A stretch of 64,000 nt of DNA from Octopus bimaculoides. Taxonomy: Eukaryota. This document shows, piece by piece, positions 14,620 to 26,213 of this stretch. The stretch is from NCBI RefSeq assembly GCF_001194135.2, contig NC_068985.1, positions 21,044,835 through 21,108,834 on the forward strand, in the 5' to 3' direction. Both the position numbers and the translations under genes were made by a program. Each line of letters opens with the position of its first letter. Within the stretch, counting starts at the first letter, position 1. The notes below the pieces were generated by a model. It made no database searches and was not told where the DNA came from. It saw only the letters and a program-made list of their open reading frames with translations.

Positions 14620-15400
14620 TGATGACACAAGCATCATGGATGTGAAACTTGGTTGACAGTTTAAAGTCAGACTCGTATCCAGTGTCCCAAATGCAGCTGA
14701 ATCATTCTCAGATCTCAAATTGATTTTGAAATCTAGGAGTTCATCTCTAGAGACAGAGCTGCCAAGATACACAAAAACATCCACTACATCAAGTCTGGTC
14801 CCTGAGACAAGTGTTTTCATTTCCATATAAGCTGCTTCTGGATGAGATTTAAACATCATCTTTGTCTTCTTCAAGCTTATTATAAATCCAAAAATAGCAT
14901 AGACACTGGAGAAGAGATTCACTTTTTTTGTTCCAAGCGAGACACAAGAACACGATCATCAGCATACAACAAATTAGAAGCAATGATTATAAAGATCTTT
15001 GAATGAGTTTTGAAACAGTTCAGATTAAGCAGTTTACTTGTGTGGTAATGGGCAAAGTTACCTAAATAACAATGTTTAGATGCATGGGCAATCACCATTG
15101 CAATGTCGATGCAGGCATATTTTGGTGCAGGCATATCACCCTGTTTAATACCATTACCTCCTAGAATCATTTAATGAGAGCACCATTTGAGGTGAAGTTG
15201 GCCTTCATACCTCAATTTTTCCACGATACTCCACAATACATTTCTATGAATGTTCTCATTAAATTAACAAAACTTTAATGAAGAAGTCTCTGCTCTGTAC
15301 AGTTCTGCAACAGTCTGTGATGTCTCTACCAGATCTAAACCAACAATGAAGTTTCTGGGACAAAAATGGATTGTATGTATATCTGCAGATCATTCAAGTA
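14620..15400 (-). mobile_element. Degraded RTE (BovB-like) reverse transcriptase fragment
   Basis: Minus-strand peptides GIKQGDMPAP, LLYADD, LDVVDVFVYLGS, SAAFG.L. Confidence 0.75.
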
Positions 15401-15924
15401 AAGTAAATCAAACACACAAAAATGACCACATTTGAACATGTTGCCTTTTCCCTGGTACAGCATTTTCCCAATCTTATGACACATATGAGGAATTCCACAT
15501 GTTAACTATTAGTGTGACCACATGAACACCCACTATATCTCCACCATTCTTAATATTATCTAATTCATCAATACAGGGATCTGCTGTAGATTTTAAATGA
15601 CATTCACATATACTGTGTATGGACTATGGAAAAAAAAATCTATAAAATATGCTGTCAAAGCATTGCAGTCATGATCATCAGATTGTGGCTTTTATTGCCA
15701 AACCAGGCAGCATGTTGTGTGCTTGAGTAAAACACTTTTCTTTCAGATTGCTCTACAATCACTTTCAAATCTGATGTGGCACAGCATGCACCTGAACAGG
15801 TAATGTCAGTTTGATAGAGAGGATTTTCAGTACAAAAGTTTTATCATTATAAACAAATTATCAATGCAGTTGTTCAGTAAGAAATTGCAGAACCCTCTTC
15901 TATCATTTATGACAAGAGAGTCCA

Positions 15925-16512
15925 ACGTCATCCCATAAATAATGTGAATTTTTATACTTTTATTTTTCAAAATTAAGATAAACAAATTTCTTTCTTAATC
16001 TAAAATATACTCTCTTTCATTTTCTACAATGCTCTTCCATCTATCTGGTAGACTTGCAAGGCCCCTCTTCCAAAATTTACTTGTCCGTGATGAAAAATAC
16101 TACCCCTGTACTGTTCTGTCCTTGTCTACAGAATTCATATTTTCCCTTCCAAATGATTTTGAAGACTACAGAATAAATGATAATCAGATGGGGCAATGTC
16201 CAATGAATATGGTGGGTTGGGCATCGTTTCCCATTCAAACTTCTCCAGCCTTTGGAATGTCATCCTCGCTGTATGTGGCTGAGCATTATCCTGTTGGAAG
16301 AATACCTTTCATCTTGAAACCAAAGATGGTTATTTTTCTTCCAGTGCTGACTTAAGCTGCTCAAGCTGCTTGCAGTAGATCTACTTTGTTATCGTTTGGT
16401 TTGGGTTTAAAAGTTCAAAGTGGTCTACACTTTTCATATCCCACCAACAGATAACAACGCCTTACGTGGGTGAAGACCCTCTTTAGCCTGGGGTGGGTGC
16501 TTGACATTTTAA
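15925..16512 (-). mobile_element. Mariner transposon 3' half (pseudogenised transposase and right TIR)
   Basis: Reverse complement of 17870-18498, with HPPYS.DIAPSDYHL motif. TIR remnant gtcatcccataaataatg. Confidence 0.9.
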
Positions 16513-16653
16513 AACCTGCCTAGATAATATCTTCAATGTATAAAACTATTAGTAGCTCATGATTATATGCTGTGTACATTAAACAAAAGATAATGCACGA
16601 AACTCTCAAACCTTGAGTCACTCTGATACTTCTGCTAAATATTAAAATATACA

Positions 16654-16817
16654 GGTGCAGACATGGCTATGTGGTAAGAAGCTTGCTTCCCAATCACATG
16701 GTTCCAGGTTCGATCCCACTTCATGGTACCTTGGCAAGTGTCTTCTACTATACCCTGAAGCTGACTAAAGCTTTGTGAGAGGATGTGGGAGACAGAAACT
16801 GAAAAGAAGTCTGTTGG

Positions 16818-16857
<40 letters not shown>
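16654..16857 (+). mobile_element. SINE family A, 5' half ending in (TA)n at a gap
   Basis: tggctatgtggtaagaagcttgcttcccaatcacatggttccaggttcgatccc head. Confidence 0.85.
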
Positions 16858-17791
16858 NNNNNNNNNNNNNNNNNNNNNNNNNNNNNNNNNNNNNNNNNNN
16901 NNNNNNNNNNNNNNNNNNNNNNNNNNNNNNNNNNNNNNNNNNNNNNNNNNNNNNNNNNNNNNNNNNNNNNNNNNNNNNNNNNNNNNNNNNNNNNNNNNNN
17001 NNNNNNNNNNNNNNNNNNNNNNNNNNNNNNNNNNNNNNNNNNNNNNNNNNNNNNNNNNNNNNNNNNNNNNNNNNNNNNNNNNNNNNNNNNNNNNNNNNNN
17101 NNNNNNNNNNNNNNNNNNNNNNNNNNNNNNNNNNNNNNNNNNNNNNNNNNNNNNNNNNNNNNNNNNNNNNNNNNNNNNNNNNNNNNNNNNNNNNNNNNNN
17201 NNNNNNNNNNNNNNNNNNNNNNNNNNNNNNNNNNNNNNNNNNNNNNNNNNNNNNNNNNNNNNNNNNNNNNNNNNNNNNNNNNNNNNNNNNNNNNNNNNNN
17301 NNNNNNNNNNNNNNNNNNNNNNNNNNNNNNNNNNNNNNNNNNNNNNNNNNNNNNNNNNNNNNNNNNNNNNNNNNNNNNNNNNNNNNNNNNNNNNNNNNNN
17401 NNNNNNNNNNNNNNNNNNNNNNNNNNNNNNNNNNNNNNNNNNNNNNNNNNNNNNNNNNNNNNNNNNNNNNNNNNNNNNNNNNNNNNNNNNNNNNNNNNNN
17501 NNNNNNNNNNNNNNNNNNNNNNNNNNNNNNNNNNNNNNNNNNNNNNNNNNNNNNNNNNNNNNNNNNNNNNNNNNNNNNNNNNNNNNNNNNNNNNNNNNNN
17601 NNNNNNNNNNNNNNNNNNNNNNNNNNNNNNNNNNNNNNNNNNNNNNNNNNNNNNNNNNNNNNNNNNNNNNNNNNNNNNNNNNNNNNNNNNNNNNNNNNNN
17701 NNNNNNNNNNNNNNNNNNNNNNNNNNNNNNNNNNNNNNNNNNNNNNNNNNNNNNNNNNNNNNNNNNNNNNNNNNNNNNNNNNNNNNNNNNN

Positions 17792-18498
17792 CTCTTCTTT
17801 GCAGTTACATCTCATGAATGAACCTTTTTTTGGACCAAATAGTGACAGGTGATGAGAAATGGATTCTCTATAAAAATGTCAAGCACTGAAGTCAGTGGGT
17901 AGGGAAAGGAGAAACACCAGCACCCCAGGCTAAAGAAGTTTTTCACTTATGTAAGGTGTTGTTATCTGTTTGGTGGAATATGAAAGGTTTAGTCCACTTT
18001 GAACTTTTAAACCCAAACCAAATTATAACAAAGGAGATCTACTGTGAGCAGCTTCAGTGGCTTAAGTCAGTGCTAGAAGAAAAACAACCATTTTTGGTTT
18101 CAAGACGAAAGGTATTGTTCCAATAGAATAATGCTTGGCCACATACAGCTAGGATGACATTCCTAAGGCTGGAGCAGTTTGATTGGGAAACGATGCCCCA
18201 CCCACCATATTCGCTGGACATTGCCCCATCTGATTATCATTTATTGCACAGTCTTCAAAATCATTTGGATGGAAAAAATATAAATTATGCAGACGAGGTC
18301 AGAACGGTATAGGAGTAGTATTTTTCATCACGGATAAGTGAATTTTGGAAGAGGAGCCTTGCAAGTCTACCAGATAGATGGAAGAGCATTGTAGAAAATG
18401 AAAGAGAGTATATTTTAGATTAAGAAAGAAATCTGTTTATCTTAATTTTGAAAAATAAAAGTATAAAAAAACCACATTATTTATATGATGATCCAACA
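17792..18498 (+). mobile_element. Mariner transposon 3' part (pseudogenised D,D34D transposase and right TIR)
   Basis: IVTGDEKWILY, KVLLSVWW, HFELL, NA.PHTA, HPPYS.DIAPSDYHL and LP.RW motifs with stops. Ends cattatttatatgatgatccaaca. Confidence 0.92.
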
Positions 18499-18565
18499 TT
18501 AGTTTGAGGTAGGAAAATGAATGAATGCCATTGTGGCTTATTTCTATTACAGAATTACCACACAA

Positions 18566-18713
18566 CATGGCTGTTTGATAAGAAGCTTACTTCCCAACCA
18601 CATGGTTCCTGGTTCAGTTCCACTGCATGGCACCTTGGGCAAGTGTCTTCTACTATAGCCTTGTGCCAACCAAAGCCCTATGAGTGGATTTGGTAGGTGG
18701 AAACTGAAAGAAG

Positions 18714-18750
<37 letters not shown>

Positions 18751-19225
18751 TTGCTATTATGCAAAAGTGTCATAAGTCCAAGATGTTTCTTTTTCAGAAA
18801 ACAAAAAAATAGTTTCACCATTCCATAGCAAAACCATTGTACTACATTTGGACAATTTTTGATATTTTGGCATCTGAAGCAGCTGGAGATACGATAGTTT
18901 GACCAAAAGAACCGACTATTGCAAGCAAAAATAAATATTGTAAAAAACGCATTTGCCCAAATTTGGACATATGACAGTTTAACATAATAACGATATATAT
19001 ATATGTGTGTGTCTTTTGCATCTGTGTTTGTCCACCACCACCATTGCTGAGCAATCGGTGTTGGTGTTTACATCCCCATAACTTAGAGGTTCAGCAAAGG
19101 ACACTGATAAAATAAGTACCAGGCTTAAAAAGAAGTCCTGCAATCTTTTCATTTGACAAAAACATTCTTCAAGGTGGTACCCCAGCATGGCCACAATCTA
19201 ATGTCTGAAACAAGTAAAAACAGAA
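18566..19225 (+). mobile_element. SINE family A split by a MITE
   Basis: 5' half 18566-18747 and 3' half 18994-19225. Confidence 0.85.
18748..18993. mobile_element. 246-bp MITE with about 33-bp imperfect TIRs in a TA site
   Basis: Left end ta|tcgttgctattatgcaaaagtgtcataagtccaa, right end ttggacatatgacagtttaacataataacga|ta. It splits a SINE. Confidence 0.7.
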
Positions 19226-20537
19226 AAAACAACATCTTTTTTTTTTCATGTTGAAAATCTTTGCAGGTAATTCATTTATATTTTAATAAAAATATAATAG
19301 TTTTCACAAATATTTGGTTTGTATCATAGAAAAATAATTGCTAATATTAATTTAAGTAACAGATTTTTATTTGTTTACATTATAGGATCTCAGTTTATTT
19401 GCTCTTGAATTATATAAATATCTGAAGTTACAACATAAAAAATTAAAAGACATTTCCTTTTCTTTGCTTTTCTTTTTTCTAAAATGGATACTATGCAAAA
19501 TCCAGTAATTTTCTCCTTTTATTTAACATGCTGTTATTTTAGAATTAAAAATTTGTTTATATAACTAAATGATATAGAATTGTATTTTGCTTAGAAAATT
19601 AGTATGAATAGATATATTTTAGCTATGCAGAATTTGTACATTTAATTATGTACTATATTTAGATGGATTGTCATCTTTTTCTCAAGAAAGTTGGCAGAAA
19701 AATATCCCCCAATTTGAAATATAAACTTAAAGATTCTCTAGAGTAACATGTCAGAATGATATGTTGTTTATTAACATAATTTAAAGATAATATTTCAGAA
19801 ACAACTTCATTGTTGAAATCTAAAATATTAAATTTCTTTTCTAACAGATGGTTTTATCTTCTGCAGTTGTATCTCCTTACCAAAATTACACATCTTACAA
19901 GAAATCGATGATTTGCTCATAAATTAATATTATATATGCAAAAAGCAGTTTTAACACTTTTCCTGTACATGAAAAAATTAATGCTTATTACTATAATTTT
20001 TCAATTAATATAACTTTTCTATCTAAAATGTTCTATTTTGGTTTTCTATTGTGAGCTAGAAATACATTTTGCTTTAATTAATAACTGGAACTTAATTTTA
20101 GCTTCAATAATTCAATTTAGTATTTTTAGTCTTTGGGGTAGTTCAAAAAGCTTTTGGCTTTATTATATGCTTCACTAACTTGCATTTGTTGTTCAGCTTT
20201 AATTTGTTTTGACAAATATTTCTTTAAACACGGTCATATACATAGCCACACATAAATTGACTCTTTGAGTATCCCAATCATCTAATAGAAATATCATATT
20301 CATTTTCAATCTAGAACATATTGAATAGTAACTATCCTGTCTTTCAAATATTATTATTTCATCCCATTACTTCCCATTGTGATCAGGTCAATGGCTAAAT
20401 CAGTTGAAGAAAGTGCCCCAGCAAAGCTATATTCTAATGACTGGGACCAGTAAAGGAATAAAAGATGGTTTTAGTATCTCATTTTTATTCGATTATTATC
20501 AAAGATAATCATTATATTACTGCATGCATATATATAT

Positions 20538-20572
<35 letters not shown>

Positions 20573-20690
20573 TAGTAAAACAAACAAGAAAACAGAACTC
20601 AAAATACGTGTGTAAATATATATATAAAGATTTACTTTTCGTAATGAGATAAAAAAAAACCAAGGCTTTTAGAACATTTATAAATAGAAG

Positions 20691-20739
20691 GTCTTACAAC
20701 TGTTTCCAGGATATTTATTATATCCCTTCAGCAGAGACA
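20691..20739 (-). ncRNA. Decayed type I hammerhead motif (A6 to C)
   Basis: Minus strand reads GTCT-CTGCTGA-AGGGATAT-AATAA-ATATCCTG-GAAA-CAGTTG-TA-AGAC. Stem I GTCT/AGAC, stem II GGATAT/ATATCC, near-palindromic stem III. Confidence 0.55.
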
Positions 20740-20974
20740 GTGTGAGAAGATGGTTAAGCAATAGTTAATTTAGATAAGATACGAAATGTAAAACACCCTT
20801 TCTTTTCTTCCCTGAGCATTAAAAGTTTGCATGTACCATGTCCTTGCATTGTTGTTTTTCCGCCATTTTTTTTTGGAGGGGGGGTTAATTATATATACAG
20901 GATATACCAGGGCTCCATAACTACCATCTTAGCTATAACCTTGGAGCCCTGGTAATCTGTTAAGGCATTTAAAT

Positions 20975-21754
20975 GATATGTGAATACCCGTCAGAGTGTA
21001 AGTATCTTGAGAGAAAAGCTGAACATTAGAAGCATCAGTTGTGGTGTGCAAGAGAGACGATTGCGCTGGTATGGACATGTGGTGAGAATGGATGAGGATA
21101 GCTGCGTGAAAAAGTGCCACACCCTAACAGTTGAGGGAACCCGTGGAAGAGGTAGGCCCAGGAAGACCTGGGCTGAGGTGGTGAGGCAAGACCTTCGTAC
21201 ATTGGGCCTCACCGAGGCGATGACTACTGACCGAGACCTTTGGAAATTTGCTGTGCGTGAGAAGACCCGGCAAGCCAAGTAAGATCGTTGCCAGTGCCCC
21301 TGGACTGGCTCTTGTGCGGGTGGCNNNNNNNNNNNNNNNNNNNNNNNNNNNNNNNNNNNNNNNNNNNNNNNNNNNNNNNNNNNNNNNNNNNNNNNNNNNN
21401 NNNNNNNNNNNNNNNNNNNNNNNNNNNNNNNNNNNNNNNNNNNNNNNNNNNNNNNNNNNNNNNNNNNNNNNNNNNNNNNNNNNNNNNNNNNNNNNNNNNN
21501 NNNNNNNNNNNNNNNNNNNNNNNNNNNNNNNNNNNNNNNNNNNNNNNNNNNNNNNNNNNNNNNNNNNNNNNNNNNNNNNNNNNNNNNNNNNNNNNNNNNN
21601 NNNNNNNNNNNNNNNNNNNNNNNNNNNNNNNNNNNNNNNNNNNNNNNNNNNNNNNNNNNNNNNNNNNNNNNNNNNNNNNNNNNNNNNNNNNNNNNNNNNN
21701 NNNNNNNNNNNNNNNNNNNNNNNNNNNNNNNNNGGACGTTAAACGATGATGATG

Positions 21755-21755
<1 letters not shown>
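20975..21755 (+). mobile_element. RTE-clade LINE 3' fragment, younger copy spanning a gap
   Basis: ORF 20980-21282 carries RRLRWYGHVVRMDEDSCVKKC and RGRGRPRKTWAEVV. Tail ggacgttaaacgatgatgat follows the gap. Confidence 0.9.
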
Positions 21756-21785
<30 letters not shown>

Positions 21786-22042
21786 CACAAAGTATGGGGG
21801 TTTAATTCACAGGAAATCTAAAAGACTAGGTACTCTATTTAAATGCTGTAACAGATTACCAAGGCTCTAAGGTTATAGCTAAGATGGTAGTTATGGAGCC
21901 CTGGTATATCTTATATATATAATTCACCACCGACCCACATACACACACACACAAAAAAACCGGAGAAAAGACATAAGAAAAAACAACAATGCGAGGACAT
22001 AGTACATACAAAGTTTTAATGCTCAGGGAAGGAAAGAAAGGG

Positions 22043-22079
22043 TGTTTTACATTTCAAGCTATGCTCTTCTTCAGAAACA
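22043..22079 (-). ncRNA. Minimal type I hammerhead ribozyme motif
   Basis: Minus strand reads TGTTT-CTGAAGA-A-GAGC-ATA-GCTT-GAAA-T-GTA-AAACA. 5-bp stem I, 4-bp stem II, GUA triplet. Two deviations look like CpG decay. Confidence 0.6.
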
Positions 22080-24439
22080 GGAGACATAAGAAAGTCCAAT
22101 ATGTACCATACTGAAGTTTACATGCCCCACAGAATTCCTAAGTCAGCCACAACAAAATAGTAAGTCCAAAAAATTGTTTTAAAGTAAAAGAAAAACAAAA
22201 AAAGGAAGAAAGTAAGTTTAGAGATCCAATGAGCATTTTAGCATAAGGTGAGATCCAAAATATGCATAAGAAACATGTATCTTACATTTTACCTTTTCCA
22301 CTCCCTCAATTTGGAATTTTATTCAGATTTTTAGCAGCATTAGTTGCTAACAGTGAGCTGTATAGAATCTATCAGCTTATTGGATTTCTTTGCAACTTCG
22401 ATATAGGAAAAAGTGTATAACTCTTAATGCCAATAATTTGTTATTGTATCTTATCATATACTGTCCACTTTTTGTTCTCTATACTGGTCACCTACTGCTT
22501 GAAGCTTACAAACTCGGACCCTTGGATTATATTTATATATCACTGATAAAGAAATTGCTTTTAGTATTTATTTATACATGCACCATGCATATAAATAGAG
22601 TCAATTGTTTCATCTTTCTATGATTAGAGATAACCAACAGCTAGTGATCAGCTCTATTGATTACTTTAGGGTTGGGGAGAGGAAATTCAATTGTATTAAT
22701 CCTAGTCTTCAACTGGTACTTGTTTTATTGACTCTCAGAAAGATAAATGGAACAATTAATTTCAGTAGAAAATTTAGAGGGGAAAAAAGATTCTAAGTAG
22801 ATACAACAAGTCATTTTGTGTGATACTGTGTCTACTCTGCTTATTGCGTGCCCACTAAATATATTAATAAAACATAACTACTTTATGATTGTCTACAGGA
22901 AAAATTGAGTCATCTTTTAAGAAAGCTTTAAAAAAAATACTTTGTATCATTTCAGTACTTCAACAGAGTTAATCTGTTCCTTAGCTTAACACCATCACCT
23001 AACTTTTGGATACATTTAATGGACTTCATTCTGTTACAACCCACTATCTTCCATACTACTTACACAAGCCTTCCCACACCAACCACTCCATATTACTCCG
23101 TCACCTCCCACTTTTCTCATTTGCCTTTCTGCATTCATGGTATTAACTTCTATGTTCTTTCTCTCTCCAAAAAAGGATAAACATCCAAAATATATTTTTT
23201 CTCACTCCTTGTGGCAAAACAATTCACTGTAATTTTTATTTATTTATAGGCTTTAAGACTATCCTTCTGGTTTGTACAGTTCAATGCTTCTTGCCAAACT
23301 ATTTCAGTTTTACAGCTGAACACTTTTACATTTCTCAAAGAAATATTTCTTCTGGATAAAAGTTACTTTTTGTAAACAAGCCATTAAGCACCAATTTTCT
23401 TAATGGAAAATAGAATCAAGTTTTATGTCATTCAGGATTTCTGTTTTCTTTTTTCACTTATTATCTAATAATACAGATTACATTTCAAAATCTCCCTTCT
23501 ACAACTTCATCAGATTTTCATTATTAGAGCATCGAACTGAAGTGCAAATATTATATAGATTTTCCAAGGAAAGAAAGTATACATATGCATGTTACTGTTA
23601 TCATCAGCAGGAGAAGATACAATATTTCATCACTTTCCAATGTGCTTAAGACATTTTGCTTGAGCTTTTTCAGAAATGTTTTTATTTCAGACTCTATTCA
23701 GTTGATTATGTTGATATTTGAACCATTTTTAAATCCCTTGACATTTAAAAGTATAAAATGTTGCATCATTTGATTTGTCAAATGTACTTGTGATAAAAAA
23801 AAAAAACTGTTTCTGAAAACAATCACTCTTTTTACTTACAAAGTCTTATTAAATAATACTTAGATATTTCAAGCAAGATTTTCTTTTATATATATATATA
23901 TGNNNNNNNNNNNNNNNNNNNNNNNNNNNNNNNNNNNNNNNNNNNNNNNNNNNNNNNNNNNNNNNNNNNNNNNNNNNNNNNNNNNNNNNNNNNNNNNNNN
24001 NNNNNNNNNNNNNNNNNNNNNNNNNNNNNNNNNNNNNNNNNNNNNNNNNNNNNNNNNNNNNNNNNNNNNNNNNNNNNNNNNNNNNNNNNNNNNNNNNNNN
24101 NNNNNNNNNNNNNNNNNNNNNNNNNNNNNNNNNNNNNNNNNNNNNNNNNNNNNNNNNNNNNNNNNNNNNNNNNNNNNNNNNNNNNNNNNNNNNNNNNNNN
24201 NNNNNNNNNNNNNNNNNNNNNNNNNNNNNNNNNNNNNNNNNNNNNNNNNNNNNNNNNNNNNNNNNNNNNNNNNNNNNNNNNNNNNNNNNNNNNNNNNNNN
24301 NNNNNNNNNNNNNNNNNNNNNNNNNNNNNNNNNNNNNNNNNNNNNNNNNNNNGAACCTAACTTCTATAAATGAGGAAATTAACATATTTTATGGAGAAAC
24401 AATCATTTATAAAAGTGCTGATTCCTGCAATATTCTTTT

Positions 24440-24600
24440 TTTTTATTTGTTTCAGTCATTGGATCACAATAATGCTGCAGCAGTGTTTCAAAAGGTTTAG
24501 TGAAACAAAGTGACTTCAATTTTTTAAAGTTTGGAACTTATTCTATCAATCTCTTTTGCTGTTAAGTATTATAGTGGGGGAGACAGACACAAAAACAAAG

Positions 24601-24631
<31 letters not shown>

Positions 24632-24839
24632 ATATATATATTATATTACATGCCGGTGGCACGTCAAAAGCACCTACTACACTCTCGGAGAGGTTGGCAT
24701 TAGGAAGGGCATCCAGCTGTAGAAACCTTGCCAGATCAGATTGGAACCTGGTGCAGCCTCCTGCCTTGCCAGTGCTCAGTCAAACCGTCCAACCCATGCC
24801 AGCATGGAAAGCAGACATTAAACGATGATGATGACGATG

Positions 24840-24896
<57 letters not shown>

Positions 24897-25140
24897 ACTC
24901 GACTGACACATATATGAATGCATCTTTTCCCTGACATATATATAAATATATATATATGTATATACACACACACACACAATGGGCTTCCACATATTTTCCA
25001 TCTATCAAATTCACTTACAAAGCATTAGTTGGCTTGGGGCTATATTAGAAGACAATTACCCAAGATGCCACACAGTTGGACTGAACCCAAAACCATGTGG
25101 TTATAAAATGAACTTGTTTAACTACAATGTCATGCCTGTA
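24440..25140 (-). mobile_element. Degraded SINE family A split by an RTE tail
   Basis: 3' half about 24440-24625 and 5' half about 24960-25140. Confidence 0.7.
24647..24840 (+). mobile_element. RTE 3'-tail-only copy inserted in a SINE
   Basis: ggttggcattaggaagggcatccagctgtagaaacc...ccatgccagcatggaaagcagacattaaacgatgat matches the RTE tail. Confidence 0.75.
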
Positions 25141-25276
25141 CAGCAATTAAAACAATCTGTCTATTGATCCACTGAAGTTCCTAATTAGCTGTAACTTTGG
25201 TGGACCCTCTCCTCATTGATTAGACAGACTTTGAAAAAGTAGTTTGTTATAATACCATCGTGAAATCCAAATAAGG

Positions 25277-25620
25277 CTAATGGACCATTATGCACTGGAA
25301 TAAAAATTCACATAATACATGAATGCATGATTGAAAGCAACATTGTCACAAGTGGTGAACATTATGGAAAACATGTCATTAAACTGAGACCTTCTGACAC
25401 CACTCTGCCATTCAACTGCCTTGTACGATTACAGCTTTAGCAATAATAGTCTTAAATTCAGTCATTGAGCAAAATATGTCTTTCCTCTATGATTGATCTA
25501 TTTTAATTGACAGGAAATATTGTATGTTGTTCTGTCAAAAGGTAGAGTGAGTGCTGCTTGTAGAGTGACAATGTCAGAATCATCATTGAAGTTGTGTGCA
25601 CTAACATTTTACTCATATTA
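25277..25620 (+). mobile_element. Degraded Helitron Pif1-helicase C-terminal fragment
   Basis: LCTG..., MIESNIVT, KLRPSDTTLPF, VRL and LYVVLS motifs. Confidence 0.65.
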
Positions 25621-25790
25621 AAACTTTCTAAAGTTATATAGCATCTAGTTAATTGAGATAAATTTTTATATACTTCAGTATTTTAGTACATACTAGATGG
25701 ACCCGTGAAAAATTCACAGAAAATATAAAAAATGTACGCATCTGTAAATTGTGTGCTGGTGCCATGAGAAATGTTTCTATATTGTGACAG

Positions 25791-26008
25791 TTAAAGGTGG
25801 TGAGCTGGCAGAATCATTAGCATGCTGGGAGAAATGCTTAGCAGTATTTCATCTGTCTTTACATTCAGAGTTCAAATTCTGCCAAGGTCGTCTTTGCCTT
25901 TCATCTTTTTGGGGTCGATAAATCAAGTACCAGTTGTGTACTGGGGTTCATCTAATTGAATGCCCCTCCTCCCCAAAAAATTCAGGACTTGTGCCTATAG
26001 TAGAAATG
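25791..26008 (+). mobile_element. SINE family D with 13-bp TSD, inserted in the Helitron
   Basis: Flanks tatattgtgacag (25778-25790) and tatattgcgacag (26009-26021). Confidence 0.85.
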
Positions 26009-26101
26009 TATATTGCGACAGGGTCATAACCCGGGGATGGTGTAACATTGGCTCCAAATGAGGTGAATGAATACATTGAGTTATAGTTTCTGATGTTCCA
26101 T

Positions 26102-26213
26102 CATTCCTTCAATGTCGATATTCCTTCAAAGTTCATTCCTTCAAAGTTCATTCCTTCAAAGTTCATTCCTTCAAAGTTCATTCCTTCAAAGTTCATTCCT
26201 TCAATGTCGATAT
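26102..26213. repeat. 15-bp minisatellite (attccttcaaagttc)n bracketed by attccttcaatgtcgat variants
   Basis: About five core units plus two variant units. Confidence 0.9.

Larger units (their letters stand above)
20575..22110 (-). mobile_element. Fold-back, hammerhead-bearing non-autonomous element (Penelope-like/retrozyme-like remnant) with a nested RTE fragment
   Basis: Inverted arms at 20783-20974 and 21837-22055. Two hammerhead motifs on the minus strand. No ORF of its own. Confidence 0.5.

Noticed and set aside
16748-17852. Long ORFs of 150-355 aa in the track (also near 2.7-3.2, 21.2-21.8, 23.8-24.4 and 39.5-40.4 kb)
   Set aside because: They run through N-gaps and (TA)n/(CA)n tracts, so they are artefacts.
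23478-23518. Minus-strand CUGAUGA...GAAAUGUA hammerhead-like spacing
   Set aside because: Stems I and II do not pair beyond 2 bp and there is no repeat context. Likely chance in AT-rich DNA.
26102-26213. Short tandem arrays (also 47951-48005) as CRISPR-like
   Set aside because: Head-to-tail units without spacers in a eukaryotic intron. Ordinary minisatellites.
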